Shown piece by piece: positions 49,147 to 59,083 of a stretch of 64,000 nucleotides of DNA (positions within the stretch are counted from its first letter, which is position 1; each line of letters opens with the position of its first letter). Made by a program: the position numbers and the translations under genes. This DNA is from Pseudomonadota bacterium. Lineage in GTDB: Bacteria > Bdellovibrionota > Bdellovibrionia > Bdellovibrionales > Bdellovibrionaceae. The stretch spans positions 64,001 through 128,000 of the forward strand of contig JBEGVH010000016.1 in NCBI GenBank assembly GCA_041178425.1. The letters run 5' to 3'. Below the pieces are notes generated by a model that saw only the letters and a program-made list of their open reading frames with translations, ran no database searches and was not told where the DNA came from.

Positions 49147-49967
49147 TGGGGCTTAACTCCATAAATATTTTTTGTTAAATCCCGCCATTGATTAATACTA
49201 AGCTCTTCAGCGCGAATTTTGTGAGATAGCTCGAGGGAATCGAAAATTAATCGAAGATTCTCATCCTTGGTGTTACCACCGAGAACCTTTAAGTTCGAAA
49301 TCAAAAATTTTCTCCGCTGAGCAAATCCAGCTTTTACTACCCTCAAGAAATCTTTACGTGAGCCTTCAAAATCTGTTCGTGGTTCGAAGAGCAAAACTCT
49401 GCTGGCAACCCTTGGAGGTGGATAAAAATCTTTGGCCCCAGCGTCTGTGACAATACTAACCTTCCAAAAATTTTGAGCGATGACCGATAATAATCCGTAA
49501 GCCTCCGTTTTAGGCTTGGCCATAATTCTATCGGCCACCTCTTTTTGAAACATCAATACCATTGCCTTAAGAGTTTTCTCATGAATACTACGATCTATAA
49601 CTATCGATGATGAAATTTGATAAGGAAGATTACTAACCAAAACAGTTTGTTCCGCATTTTTAATGAGATTCCAGTCCCACTTGAGGGCATCTGCCTCAAC
49701 CACATCGACCTTGCGGTCCCGCCAAAATTGAGAAAACGCCCGGTCCAGCTCAATGACTTTTAAAGGAACCTTGAGTTTCAGTAAAGAATCTGTCAGTGAT
49801 CCAAGTCCGGGACCAATCTCAACGAGCCCCTGAGGCTTTAGTTCTTCTACAGCCTTAACGATGCGCTCAATTGTAGTGACACTCACGAGAAAATTTTGCC
49901 CCAGCGCTTTTTTGGGGGCTGCCCCAAGAGATTCGAGCTTTGCTATAATTTCACTTGTTAAATACAT
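49143..49967 (-). CDS. rsmA: 16S rRNA dimethyladenosine transferase
   Basis: LGQNFL, EIGPGLG, SNLPY, QKEVA. Confidence 0.95.
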   Translation of the reverse strand: MYLTSEIIAKLESLGAAPKKALGQNFLVSVTTIERIVKAVEELKPQGLVEIGPGLGSLTDSLLKLKVPLKVIELDRAFSQFWRDRKVDVVEADALKWDWNLIKNAEQTVLVSNLPYQISSSIVIDRSIHEKTLKAMVLMFQKEVADRIMAKPKTEAYGLLSVIAQNFWKVSIVTDAGAKDFYPPPRVASRVLLFEPRTDFEGSRKDFLRVVKAGFAQRRKFLISNLKVLGGNTKDENLRLIFDSLELSHKIRAEELSINQWRDLTKNIYGVKPQ

Positions 49968-50994
49968 TAAAGTCTCCCGGCAGAGCCTGTGGACTAGGCC
50001 CGAGAGATAAATCAGACCGCTCGCCCCGTTGCATACGCAGAATGCCACTGTAGCCGATCATTGCAGCATTGTCAGTACAGTATCGCAGAGGCGGGACCAA
50101 AAGGGCGATGCCTTTTTTATTCGCCCAATCCTCCGTCATTGATCTTAATCTCGAATTCGCACTGACTCCGCCAGTTAAAATAGCTTTATCGACCTTTTCG
50201 ACTTCTATGGCACGATTCAATTTTGAAACAAGGACATCACTGACTGCCTCCTGAAATGAAGCACATAAATCATTCAGCCTTTCACCAAAAGCATCTGCGC
50301 CAAGAGCTTCAATCATCCGCTGGGCTGAAGATTTCAGCCCAGAAAAGCTCATTTCAAAGGTGTCTTCTTTTAATAGAGCCCTTGGTAAGTCAAAGGCCTT
50401 CGGGTTACCAGTCTGAGCCAATCGATCAACATTGACACCTCCCGGAAACCCCAAACCAATCATCTTTGCAAACTTATCATACGCTTCTCCTGCAGCATCG
50501 TCTCGAGTGGAGCCCAGAACCCGATACTGTCCTAATCCTTTGACCTTGTAGAGACTCGTGTGTCCTCCACTCACAGCTAACGCTACGAAAGGTTGATCAT
50601 GCGAAAATGAAGGCTGATATTGATCATCTCTAAGAAAGGGAGCCAGGAGATGCCCCTCCAAGTGATTGACGCCAATAAAAGGCTTCTTTTTTAATTGAGC
50701 CAATGTTTTTGCCGTCACTAAACCTACAATCAATGAGCCCACCAACCCTGGCCGATTGGTTACGGCGATGCCGTGGATGTCATTCCAATCGTAATTGGTC
50801 ATAACTTTTTCAACGAGTGGAAGAAGCTGAAATGAGTGGTTTCTACAGGCGATTTCGGGAACAATGCCACCAAAAGGGGCATGAACATCGTCTTGGGAGG
50901 CTGACACTAACTCATGGACGTAGCCATCATGACCCACAATAGCCACAGAGGTATCATCACAGCTTGTCTCTATCGATAAAACTTTTTTTAACAT
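49951..50994 (-). CDS. tsaD: tRNA N6-adenosine threonylcarbamoyltransferase
   Basis: IETSCDDT, HLEGH, VSGGHT, DDAAGEAYDK, TDNAAMI. Confidence 0.97.
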   Translation of the reverse strand: MLKKVLSIETSCDDTSVAIVGHDGYVHELVSASQDDVHAPFGGIVPEIACRNHSFQLLPLVEKVMTNYDWNDIHGIAVTNRPGLVGSLIVGLVTAKTLAQLKKKPFIGVNHLEGHLLAPFLRDDQYQPSFSHDQPFVALAVSGGHTSLYKVKGLGQYRVLGSTRDDAAGEAYDKFAKMIGLGFPGGVNVDRLAQTGNPKAFDLPRALLKEDTFEMSFSGLKSSAQRMIEALGADAFGERLNDLCASFQEAVSDVLVSKLNRAIEVEKVDKAILTGGVSANSRLRSMTEDWANKKGIALLVPPLRYCTDNAAMIGYSGILRMQRGERSDLSLGPSPQALPGDFNVFNK

Positions 50995-51023
50995 GAATCT
51001 GGCCTCATCAAAGGGCCCAGAGT

Positions 51024-51749
51024 TTATTTAAGCGTCTTGAGACGCGCCTGAGCCTTCTTTGCCATATCAGATTGAGGGAATTTTGCTAGTACGTCTTGAT
51101 AAAAAACTTTTGCTTCTTCCACCATACCCAACTCTTGAAAACAAACCCCAGTCTTATAAGCAGCTTCTGCTGCATGCTTACCTTTTGGATTTTTTTCACG
51201 ATATTGTTCAAAGCTCAAAATGGCTTCCTTCCATTTTTTACCTTCAAAGCTAGTCAAAGCTGCATCATAGACACTTTTATCTTTTTCTTTGGAATCCTTG
51301 GATTTGTCCTTCGTCTTGCTCGCCTCAGTTGATTTTTCGCTACTTTTAGCAACTCCTCCATGGTTGGATTTGCCTGATTCCTTCGAGCGGGAAGCGATGA
51401 TTTCTTCCTGTAAGGCCTGCATTTGATTTTCCATCTTCAAAAGACTCTCCTGAAGAAGATCGTTTTGCCTCTTCATTTCATCGATGGATTTTTGTTGGGC
51501 TTCTTTTCCTGCGCCCTCATCTTGCTCCGTTTTTTTTATTCTAAATTCTAATTCTTCAATTTTACCTGTTAAAGCTCTATTTTGGTCTTGTAGCTCTTCT
51601 AACCTAGTTTGATTGTTGGCATAATCACGCTGTATCGTAGTTACTTGTTCTCGCATAGCCGTTGCAGATTCGCTCTCCTTGAGACTCGCACGAGTCTGCA
51701 AACAACCCGGTAAAGTTAGCACAGCCAACAGAATCAAATTTAAGTACAT
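51024..51749 (-). CDS. cpoB: Tol-Pal associated coiled-coil/TPR protein (CpoB/YbgF-like)
   Basis: Lipobox, coiled coil, C-terminal TPRs; downstream of pal. Confidence 0.75.
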   Translation of the reverse strand: MYLNLILLAVLTLPGCLQTRASLKESESATAMREQVTTIQRDYANNQTRLEELQDQNRALTGKIEELEFRIKKTEQDEGAGKEAQQKSIDEMKRQNDLLQESLLKMENQMQALQEEIIASRSKESGKSNHGGVAKSSEKSTEASKTKDKSKDSKEKDKSVYDAALTSFEGKKWKEAILSFEQYREKNPKGKHAAEAAYKTGVCFQELGMVEEAKVFYQDVLAKFPQSDMAKKAQARLKTLK

Positions 51750-51750
51750 A

Positions 51751-52059
51751 TTACAGAACCTCACCAGTTTTAGATTTTTTCAACCGAGCCAGATTTTCAG
51801 CTTTTTCAGATAATTTTCGCGATTTTATAAATAATAATCGAGCGTCTTCAAACTCACGCTCATTATACAGCACCTCAGCTCTATGAAAAAGCTCCTGTGC
51901 TTGTTGGTATATCAGTGGGGCCAAACGTTCTGCATCACTCAGCCCGGCCGCATCGAGTGCTGACCGAGCCAAAGTGTATTCCTGAAGGGGAAGTGTTACT
52001 GAGGTACAGCTGCCAAAACAGAGCGGCAGAAAAAATACTAGTAACCACTTCTTCACCAA
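51751..52059 (-). CDS. DUF4398-like lipoprotein
   Basis: Lipobox; A.SALDAA...A.RLAP..Y..A pattern. Confidence 0.6.
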   Translation of the reverse strand: MVKKWLLVFFLPLCFGSCTSVTLPLQEYTLARSALDAAGLSDAERLAPLIYQQAQELFHRAEVLYNEREFEDARLLFIKSRKLSEKAENLARLKKSKTGEVL

Positions 52060-52065
52060 TAAGTC

Positions 52066-52554
52066 CTATTTAGAGATTGGAAGAAAATTAGCGCGACGAT
52101 TTTTAGACCAAGCGTCTTCGCTTGAACCAGAAACCAATGGTTTTTCTTCTCCATAGCTGATCACGCTCATTCGATCAGCAGGAACACCTAATCCAACTAG
52201 ATAGTTCTTTACAGCTTGCGCACGTCTTTCACCGAGAGCCAAGTTATACTCGATCGTTCCACGATCGTCACAATGGCCTTCGATTTGAACAAGGGATTTA
52301 CCATTAGATTTAATCCAAGCAGCATTGCCTTCTAGATCTTTTTTCGCTTGAGTTGATAAACTGGATTTGTCGTACTCAAAGTGAACTGTCACAAGGCCCG
52401 AAATTTTTCCGCTGTCACTTCCGGCAGCATCAAATCCAAGAGGACTAGAATCAATATTTTGATTAGTAATCGCTTGTTGATCTTCTACTTTTTTCTTTGA
52501 GCTGCATCCTGCTGCGAAAACGAGTGCTGCGACAACTAAAACAAGTTTCTTCAT
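52066..52554 (-). CDS. pal: Peptidoglycan-associated lipoprotein
   Basis: Lipobox AGC; IEGHCDDRGTIEYNLALGERRA, SYGEEKP, NRRA. Confidence 0.95.
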   Translation of the reverse strand: MKKLVLVVAALVFAAGCSSKKKVEDQQAITNQNIDSSPLGFDAAGSDSGKISGLVTVHFEYDKSSLSTQAKKDLEGNAAWIKSNGKSLVQIEGHCDDRGTIEYNLALGERRAQAVKNYLVGLGVPADRMSVISYGEEKPLVSGSSEDAWSKNRRANFLPISK

Positions 52555-52656
52555 TGTTGAGGTCTCCTTTTTATTTTTCGTCCCATTTTAGTCATGATCA
52601 TGTTCTTGTCAAACTTTTGATTGCTCATTTAAAGGGGCAATGCTGCAATCGAGCCC

Positions 52657-55599
52657 ATGACCAAAACTATGCTTCAATTCTGGATCTTACTCGTTCTCTT
52701 ATTATCAAACGACGCCTTCGCTGTTGTCGATCCTAAAATAAGTTGGGAAACTATGGCCACTCCCCACTTTGAAATTATATTCGACGCTCGGCACTATCAA
52801 ACAGCAAGAAAGTATGCCCTCCGCCTCGAATTTAACTATAAATTGTTGAGTTCTTACTTTCAAGAAGCCCCTCAAAAGACCATCGTTATCATTAACGACA
52901 GCACCGATCTCGCCAATGGCTATGCCACTCATATCCCCTACCCCCACATGATGATTTATCCCGTTCTGCCTAGCGCTCACGAGAGTATTTCAGAGTATGC
53001 TGATTGGCCGCAGGAACTTACTCTTCATGAGTACACTCACATTCTTAATTTTCAACCAGCGCACGGATTCATGGGCTTTCTAAGGAGCACAATGGGGAGT
53101 ATCATCAGCCCCACCATGCTTCTTCCCCGATGGTGGCATGAAGGAATGGCAGTCGAAATGGAAACTAGATTCTCCAGTCATGGTCGGTTAAGATCAATCT
53201 ACCAAGAAGCCACCCTTCGTGCTCTTGCCGACAAAAACCAACTATTAAATTACTCTATTGCAGATATTAATGAATCAGACCTCGATAGCTGGCCAAGAGG
53301 GGCTCGGCCCTATCTTTTCGGGTCTTTATTATTTAGCGAAATACAGTCAATTCGAGGGGGCACGATTTCAAATACCCTTCTGCAAAGATACTCCTCTCGC
53401 CTCCCTTACGTCATTAATCCACCCATCAAAGATGAATTAGGATCCGATTTTGAGGGGCTTTTAAAACTGGCATTATCCAATGTTTCGCTAAAGATTGAAA
53501 AACAACTGGATCAAATCAAACAAGAAAAAATTACCGAATTAACTCCCGTCGACGAGGCGTTTCTAGAAAGCCACGACCCTCGCATTAGTCCGAATGGACG
53601 CTTTCTTACGTTTATCGCAAAAAATAAATGGGGTAGAAGCTCAATTCAAATCTATGATCGCCATGAAGACGTTCGACCTTTCGACCCCAAAAAAGATTCT
53701 TTTTCTCAATTTATCAGCATTGATAACAAATCAGATAGCAGCGATAAAGACTCTCCACCCTCTGGAAATATCAATAGAATAGCATGGCTCCCCGATTCAA
53801 CAGGCTTTATCTTCGACCAAGTTCGACTGATTGACCCCTACTCTAATTATAGTGACTTATTTTTATTTGATTTAAACAAACAGAAAAGTCAGCGTCTAAC
53901 GACCGGACTGAGACTTCGGGAGCCAGATCTCTCTGTTGACGGAACCTTAATTGCGGCCATTCAATTAGAGCAATCCGATACTCGTCTCGTTACTCTCGGC
54001 CGCCAAGGAGATAACTTAAAGATTGTTTATACACCTGAATCTTTTCATAAAATTTCAAATCCCTTATTTATCAATAGTGAGGATCTCCTTTTTACTGAAA
54101 GAAATTCTCAAGGCCAAGTCTCATTAAAAAAGCTATCTCTGCTAACCCAGAAGATTGAAGTTCTTCCGATCAAGAATCTTTCCCAACCAGATTCACTGAA
54201 CTGGACTTCCCTGGGAATTCTCTTTGTAGCCCGAGAAAATGGGTTGCAAAATGTCTATATCACCAAAGATCTCTTCAAAACAACTCAACGATTAACTCAT
54301 ACGAAAACCGCCGCATTTGATGGTGTTTTAGATCCGCGACTTGCTCTCCTCTACTCCACACAGATGTCGAGTAGAGGCTTATTGGTGACCCAAAATAAAT
54401 TTAATATCGGCACTGAAAGCAATCCCCCCTCAGCTATTGAACCTCTCTTTAAAGACCGCTATTCGAAAGTATCTGAAAGCTCCGTCCCCAGCAGCGAACA
54501 ATTTCAAAGTAATTCAAATATTTTTTTAGAAAAAGAATTTGGCTCTACTATTGAAGGCAAAAAAGAGTATTCGAGTCTCAACTACCTTCGTCCCCGCTAC
54601 TGGCTTCCCTTTGCTTTTTTTAGTGGAACTGGCTATGGTACGCAAATATCCACCTCCACCAACGACCCCCTCGAAAAACACACCTATTCGCTTCAAGCTG
54701 GCTATGACTCCTTCGTCAACGAGTCCAGTATTGGGATTACCTATGTCAATGCGACAAGCCGATGGCCCTTTTCGTTGGGATTTGCTGCTCAAGAACGAAA
54801 TCAACCTGGCCTTAGATTTCAATATAGCGCAAAACAATTTAACTATATGACTTATCGCGATCTCAGGCCAACGAATGACAACATTACAGTAGGCTTCGGA
54901 TTTAACGGACGCGAAACTTCAACAACCAGCACAGTAAACCGTTTTGGACCCCAATTCATCTTTCAATACGACGGTTCAGCTAAAACAGCGTTCTCGGCTG
55001 TTCCCTTCGCCGGATGGAATGCTGCGATTTTTGGTAATCATTATTTCAAAACCCAAAAATTATCGAATTTAACACGTGGTATTTTAGGCGCTACCTATTT
55101 TTACTCGGAACATCTTCCCGATCGGCAAGTGGCCATAGCCCATGTGATTGCTCAACAAATGAGTGGAGAAAGAAGAACCGAAGATCTCGCCCCAAGCGAT
55201 AACTTTCAGCTTTCGCAGGATTTTACCTCACCTCGTTTTGTTCTCAGAGGTTATAACCTTGGATACTTCTACTTTTGGCACGCCCGCAATATGACCTTGG
55301 AATATCACATCCCCTTTGCTCTTCAACGTGGATGGGGAACCATGCCGGCCTTCCTTAAGCGCACAAAGATCAGCCTGTTTTCTGATTTCTTAGCAGCAGA
55401 AGGTTATGTCACAGATTATGTAAATGCAAAATACCAACGTACTTACCTAAATAAAATTTACTCAAGCTATGGAATTGAGCTCAAAGGGGATCTAACATTG
55501 GGATATTACTTTCCGGTGACAGCATTTTTTGGAATTTACCAACGCCCCGACTATTCTGGACCAGATAAAACAAGCTCCTTTATTGGCATTCAAATCTAA
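52657..55599 (+). CDS. Gluzincin + TolB-like propeller + Omp85-like barrel protein
   Basis: HEYTH...WWHEG; PxxSPNG and PDLSVDG propeller repeats; LRGY motif in the C-terminal barrel. Confidence 0.7.
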   Translation: MTKTMLQFWILLVLLLSNDAFAVVDPKISWETMATPHFEIIFDARHYQTARKYALRLEFNYKLLSSYFQEAPQKTIVIINDSTDLANGYATHIPYPHMMIYPVLPSAHESISEYADWPQELTLHEYTHILNFQPAHGFMGFLRSTMGSIISPTMLLPRWWHEGMAVEMETRFSSHGRLRSIYQEATLRALADKNQLLNYSIADINESDLDSWPRGARPYLFGSLLFSEIQSIRGGTISNTLLQRYSSRLPYVINPPIKDELGSDFEGLLKLALSNVSLKIEKQLDQIKQEKITELTPVDEAFLESHDPRISPNGRFLTFIAKNKWGRSSIQIYDRHEDVRPFDPKKDSFSQFISIDNKSDSSDKDSPPSGNINRIAWLPDSTGFIFDQVRLIDPYSNYSDLFLFDLNKQKSQRLTTGLRLREPDLSVDGTLIAAIQLEQSDTRLVTLGRQGDNLKIVYTPESFHKISNPLFINSEDLLFTERNSQGQVSLKKLSLLTQKIEVLPIKNLSQPDSLNWTSLGILFVARENGLQNVYITKDLFKTTQRLTHTKTAAFDGVLDPRLALLYSTQMSSRGLLVTQNKFNIGTESNPPSAIEPLFKDRYSKVSESSVPSSEQFQSNSNIFLEKEFGSTIEGKKEYSSLNYLRPRYWLPFAFFSGTGYGTQISTSTNDPLEKHTYSLQAGYDSFVNESSIGITYVNATSRWPFSLGFAAQERNQPGLRFQYSAKQFNYMTYRDLRPTNDNITVGFGFNGRETSTTSTVNRFGPQFIFQYDGSAKTAFSAVPFAGWNAAIFGNHYFKTQKLSNLTRGILGATYFYSEHLPDRQVAIAHVIAQQMSGERRTEDLAPSDNFQLSQDFTSPRFVLRGYNLGYFYFWHARNMTLEYHIPFALQRGWGTMPAFLKRTKISLFSDFLAAEGYVTDYVNAKYQRTYLNKIYSSYGIELKGDLTLGYYFPVTAFFGIYQRPDYSGPDKTSSFIGIQI

Positions 55600-55665
55600 A
55601 AATGCTTAAATTGAGTAAGCCGCGAAAAACGGCTTCAAAGATTGATCCATGGAAGGAGTCATTCA

Positions 55666-56211
55666 ATGGAAGAAAATTTAGATTGGATTCACGACCTGGT
55701 TAAAGCCGAACAGCAAATGGAAGAAACTGGGGTTATCGATTTTGGCTCGAACCTCGACCCAGAGCGCCTTATGGTCGGAGCGGCACTCACCTTCCTTGCT
55801 GAACTACGAGCAGGCTTCAATGAAGCTTTAGACGTTTTTAATAAATTGAAAACTTCTAATAACGGTAAGGTAAAAATATACGGAATTGCTAAAACCCATG
55901 CTGATTTTATGCTCTTTAGGAATGGCTTCAAACTGGTTTTTAACCTCAAACAGCCTGGTGTGATTTCTGTAAGAACTCACTTCATTAATCCCTCAATTCC
56001 AACTGTGAGCTCTATGAATTTTATTGGTAATGCCGACCAGCAGATCATGAGCACCCTTCAGTTCCGCGGTGATGAAGACCTTCTCGAAATGGCCCTAGGA
56101 GCCTTCAATGAGCCGACTTGGACTTTCAAGGGCCAGGCCATAAAAACTGAAAGTGCGATTAAGTATTATCTTACAAAGTTTCTTCAAGACACAGCCAACC
56201 CGGGATACTAG
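55666..56211 (+). CDS. Hypothetical cytoplasmic protein
   Basis: AGGAG RBS before ATG 55666; no family recognised. Confidence 0.75.
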   Translation: MEENLDWIHDLVKAEQQMEETGVIDFGSNLDPERLMVGAALTFLAELRAGFNEALDVFNKLKTSNNGKVKIYGIAKTHADFMLFRNGFKLVFNLKQPGVISVRTHFINPSIPTVSSMNFIGNADQQIMSTLQFRGDEDLLEMALGAFNEPTWTFKGQAIKTESAIKYYLTKFLQDTANPGY

Positions 56212-56227
56212 AAGTTGATTTGATTAT

Positions 56228-56842
56228 CTATTGTTGGGTTGAGGTCGAAGGAGTTAGCAGATCCTCAAGAAAAAAGACTGCTAGCTCGGATCGCCCGCCT
56301 AAGCCTGATTTATTATATATCACTGTGGCCTGAGCTCTCACTGTTTTTTCAGCCACACCACGAATAGAGGCAATTTCTTTTAAACCAAGTCCCTTGAGCA
56401 GCAAAAGCGCCACTTCTTTTTCCGCAACCGAAAGCGACCATCGTTCAAACTGACGATCAATGCTTTCGGAAAGTCCCTTTGTAAATTTCTGAGTCTCAGC
56501 TCTCCATCTATGACTTTCATTTTCTATTTTTTGTTTTTGAGCTTCCGAAACTTTCAGGGCCTCTTGAGCTTCGTTGAGTTGATTTTGAACAGAATCCAGC
56601 AATCTCGTTTTATCCGAAAGATTAGCCTGCGTGTCGGCCAAGTCGATTCGAGTTTTTGCAGATAAAACGTAGAAAAAGACAATTCCTAAAAAGGAGAACA
56701 ACCCAATACCCACTTCTAAGGTTAAATGCAGACCATTGAGCTGCTCCCTAGAATCTGAAAGCAAATCTCCAACGACAAACAGAAACACTCCACAAAGGAG
56801 AAAAATAATTATCCAGCGTTCTCTATCGATGTTCCCATTCAT
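56228..56842 (-). CDS. Membrane-anchored LuxR-type HTH regulator
   Basis: Two TM helices, coiled coil, LSVAEKEVALLLLKGLGLKEIA...TVRAQ. Confidence 0.85.
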   Translation of the reverse strand: MNGNIDRERWIIIFLLCGVFLFVVGDLLSDSREQLNGLHLTLEVGIGLFSFLGIVFFYVLSAKTRIDLADTQANLSDKTRLLDSVQNQLNEAQEALKVSEAQKQKIENESHRWRAETQKFTKGLSESIDRQFERWSLSVAEKEVALLLLKGLGLKEIASIRGVAEKTVRAQATVIYNKSGLGGRSELAVFFLEDLLTPSTSTQQ

Positions 56843-56865
56843 ATTTTTACATACCTACCGGGAGA

Positions 56866-57633
56866 TTAGTCTTTGTCCTCATTCGGGCCCTCGTCTTGGT
56901 CCTCGTGCTCTACCTCTTTTTCGGAAGGAGTTTCACCCTGCTCTTCACCCTCTTCGGCCTCAGCTTCTCCTATCTGGAAAGACCATTGGGTGCCGGGCGC
57001 AGTAAAGAGTGCTGATTCGCGATTGAACCCTGCAATAAAATAGATCCAAGGACCCAACACTAAAACCAGCATCACTAAAGCAGAAAAAGGAGATGAGGTC
57101 GATATAGCTTCGGTCGTCTTCGCTTTTTTGTAGCCAGTAATCATACTCAACACATAATTCTCATTATGCATTTTCATAGCGAGAATCACTCCCGTCACAT
57201 GAACGACGACCAAGCCCATCACCAAAATAGGAAGAGATTCATGAATCTCTTCAAACAACTCTGATTGAGCATTGAGAATACCGCTGATCACGCTAAGAGC
57301 GACACCCGCCAAAATAAGGAGGACCACGATCGAACCTCCTGGATTATGACCAGCATAATAGGCTCCGCGTCCCTTAAAGACTTCGGTAAAGTATTTTGCA
57401 ATAGAAGTAGGAGAAAAGAATAACTCACTCCAACGGGCATGCTTGCTACCGATGAGTCCCCATATGATTCTCCACACAATAAGTAGCCCAGCCAAAACAC
57501 CAAAAACCACATGCATATAGAATAACGGAGTTTCCTTCTCAATAAATTGAGCGATGCCAAAGGCTAGAACCACTGAGCCCGCAAGGAGCCAATGAAAAAG
57601 TCGAATTGGCAGATCCCAAATTAAGAGTTTCAT
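56866..57633 (-). CDS. Cytochrome b/b6 domain protein
   Basis: WDLPIRLFHW, GHNPGG, four His in TM helices; acidic tail. Confidence 0.88.
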   Translation of the reverse strand: MKLLIWDLPIRLFHWLLAGSVVLAFGIAQFIEKETPLFYMHVVFGVLAGLLIVWRIIWGLIGSKHARWSELFFSPTSIAKYFTEVFKGRGAYYAGHNPGGSIVVLLILAGVALSVISGILNAQSELFEEIHESLPILVMGLVVVHVTGVILAMKMHNENYVLSMITGYKKAKTTEAISTSSPFSALVMLVLVLGPWIYFIAGFNRESALFTAPGTQWSFQIGEAEAEEGEEQGETPSEKEVEHEDQDEGPNEDKD

Positions 57634-57659
57634 TCTTGTTCTCCTACTTAGTTTTACCC

Positions 57660-57917
57660 TTAGTCTTTTTCTACGATTGAGGCATCAACCGGGTTAAAGT
57701 AGATCTCAACGTTTTTACCATCCTTGTCGGTGCCATAAATTTCATAACAAGTCCCCGGCTTTTTGAATTTTTTAATTTTGTAACCCTGCTCTTCTACTTT
57801 CTTTTTGAAAGTCTCTTCCGTCATCCATTTGTCTTTGGGCTGGTCAGTGCAATTTTTCTTTGCATAAGCTGTTGTTACAAAACCAGACATTAAAAGCGCT
57901 ACGATTACGTGTTTCAT
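57660..57917 (-). CDS. PepSY-domain secreted protein
   Basis: C..QPKDKW...CYEIYG...EIYFNP. Confidence 0.85.
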   Translation of the reverse strand: MKHVIVALLMSGFVTTAYAKKNCTDQPKDKWMTEETFKKKVEEQGYKIKKFKKPGTCYEIYGTDKDGKNVEIYFNPVDASIVEKD

Positions 57918-58033
57918 AGTAACCTCCTGTAAACTCACGATCGCACTTTTTTTATTTATACGGTAGTGGATCTAAGCTACATTAATAAGATATCAATATT
58001 ATTGGGATTTATTGGCACGCTAGGGCAAATGCC

Positions 58034-58933
58034 CTAGCGAGGCATTTCTATGCGAGGGAATACGACCGGCCGGATTCCCATGTCTTTGGCTTTTTTGCCA
58101 AGGGCCCCCTGAGCTAACTGGTTGGCTTGCTGTTCTGCCGCCTGGGTTTGTATAACCGGTATTTTATTATTAGGGCCGACAACCACGGGTGCGACATTAA
58201 ACGCCTCCGTCTTTTTATTCTCGATGAAGGCGTCGAAACCTGACTCTTCATCAGATGTTTCAATGTCTGCATCATCAACCTCAAAGCTCATTGGTTTTTG
58301 CTTAAGAATTTGCTCTAAAGGGCGTAACGGCGATCTCATTTTAAGGCCGACCGATGCATTGAGCTTTTTCTTTTCAAATAAGCTTGATTTAGTCATTGGA
58401 TCTTTATTCAGTTCTGCTTTTAGCCACTCAGGCATTTGAGAGGTATCAAAACTCAAACGGTCTGAATTGACTTTGACGATGAATTCAATTTGAGATTTTG
58501 GAAGATCAACGACCTCTGCAATCTCGTCGGCCTCTCGCCCTTCATTGGCCATTAGAGCTGCCTTTACGAATTTGACGGTATTTTGGCGTTCGATGATCTC
58601 TTCATGAGGAATCTTATCCTGAAAAATCTGTGCGACTTCGATTGATTTTTTCATAGAGCGAGAAATCTTATTGAGGACATCATCAGCCTCGTCGATTTTT
58701 CTTTGTAGATCCGCAACTTTATCTTCCATCATGATTGTTAGCTGCCGCACTTGCTCTTCTGTTCGGTCACTCAGATCTTCGATTACCGCAATTTTACTTT
58801 GGAGAAGCTGAAGCCCTCGGCTCCACTTGGTATCATCATCCAAACTACGTTTCATTTTTGTCCAAACAAATATTAGAGCAGCAAAGAAGAATAATTGAAT
58901 TAAGCTGAGAATTAAGATTCCAACGATTCCCAA
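58034..58933 (-). CDS. Membrane-anchored coiled-coil/HTH protein (DUF2802-like)
   Basis: N-terminal TM, coiled coil, A..G...EIA...LP...I.F. Confidence 0.55.
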   Translation of the reverse strand: MGIVGILILSLIQLFFFAALIFVWTKMKRSLDDDTKWSRGLQLLQSKIAVIEDLSDRTEEQVRQLTIMMEDKVADLQRKIDEADDVLNKISRSMKKSIEVAQIFQDKIPHEEIIERQNTVKFVKAALMANEGREADEIAEVVDLPKSQIEFIVKVNSDRLSFDTSQMPEWLKAELNKDPMTKSSLFEKKKLNASVGLKMRSPLRPLEQILKQKPMSFEVDDADIETSDEESGFDAFIENKKTEAFNVAPVVVGPNNKIPVIQTQAAEQQANQLAQGALGKKAKDMGIRPVVFPRIEMPR

Positions 58934-59083
58934 TCAAGCCTCCTGCTCGAACGAAAATAAACTCCTTCTAGTGTTTCAATTCTACTTTCAGCCGACTAGT
59001 CCATTTCAAAAAAGCCAGACCCAAGACTAGTCAACTTTTCGCTATTGATTCTGTTATTGAGGTAAGAAAAAATTAAAACTTAT

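Noticed and set aside
57981..58004. Fur box upstream of the PepSY cassette
   Set aside because: AT-rich, but a poor match to the 19-bp consensus and not a clean palindrome.
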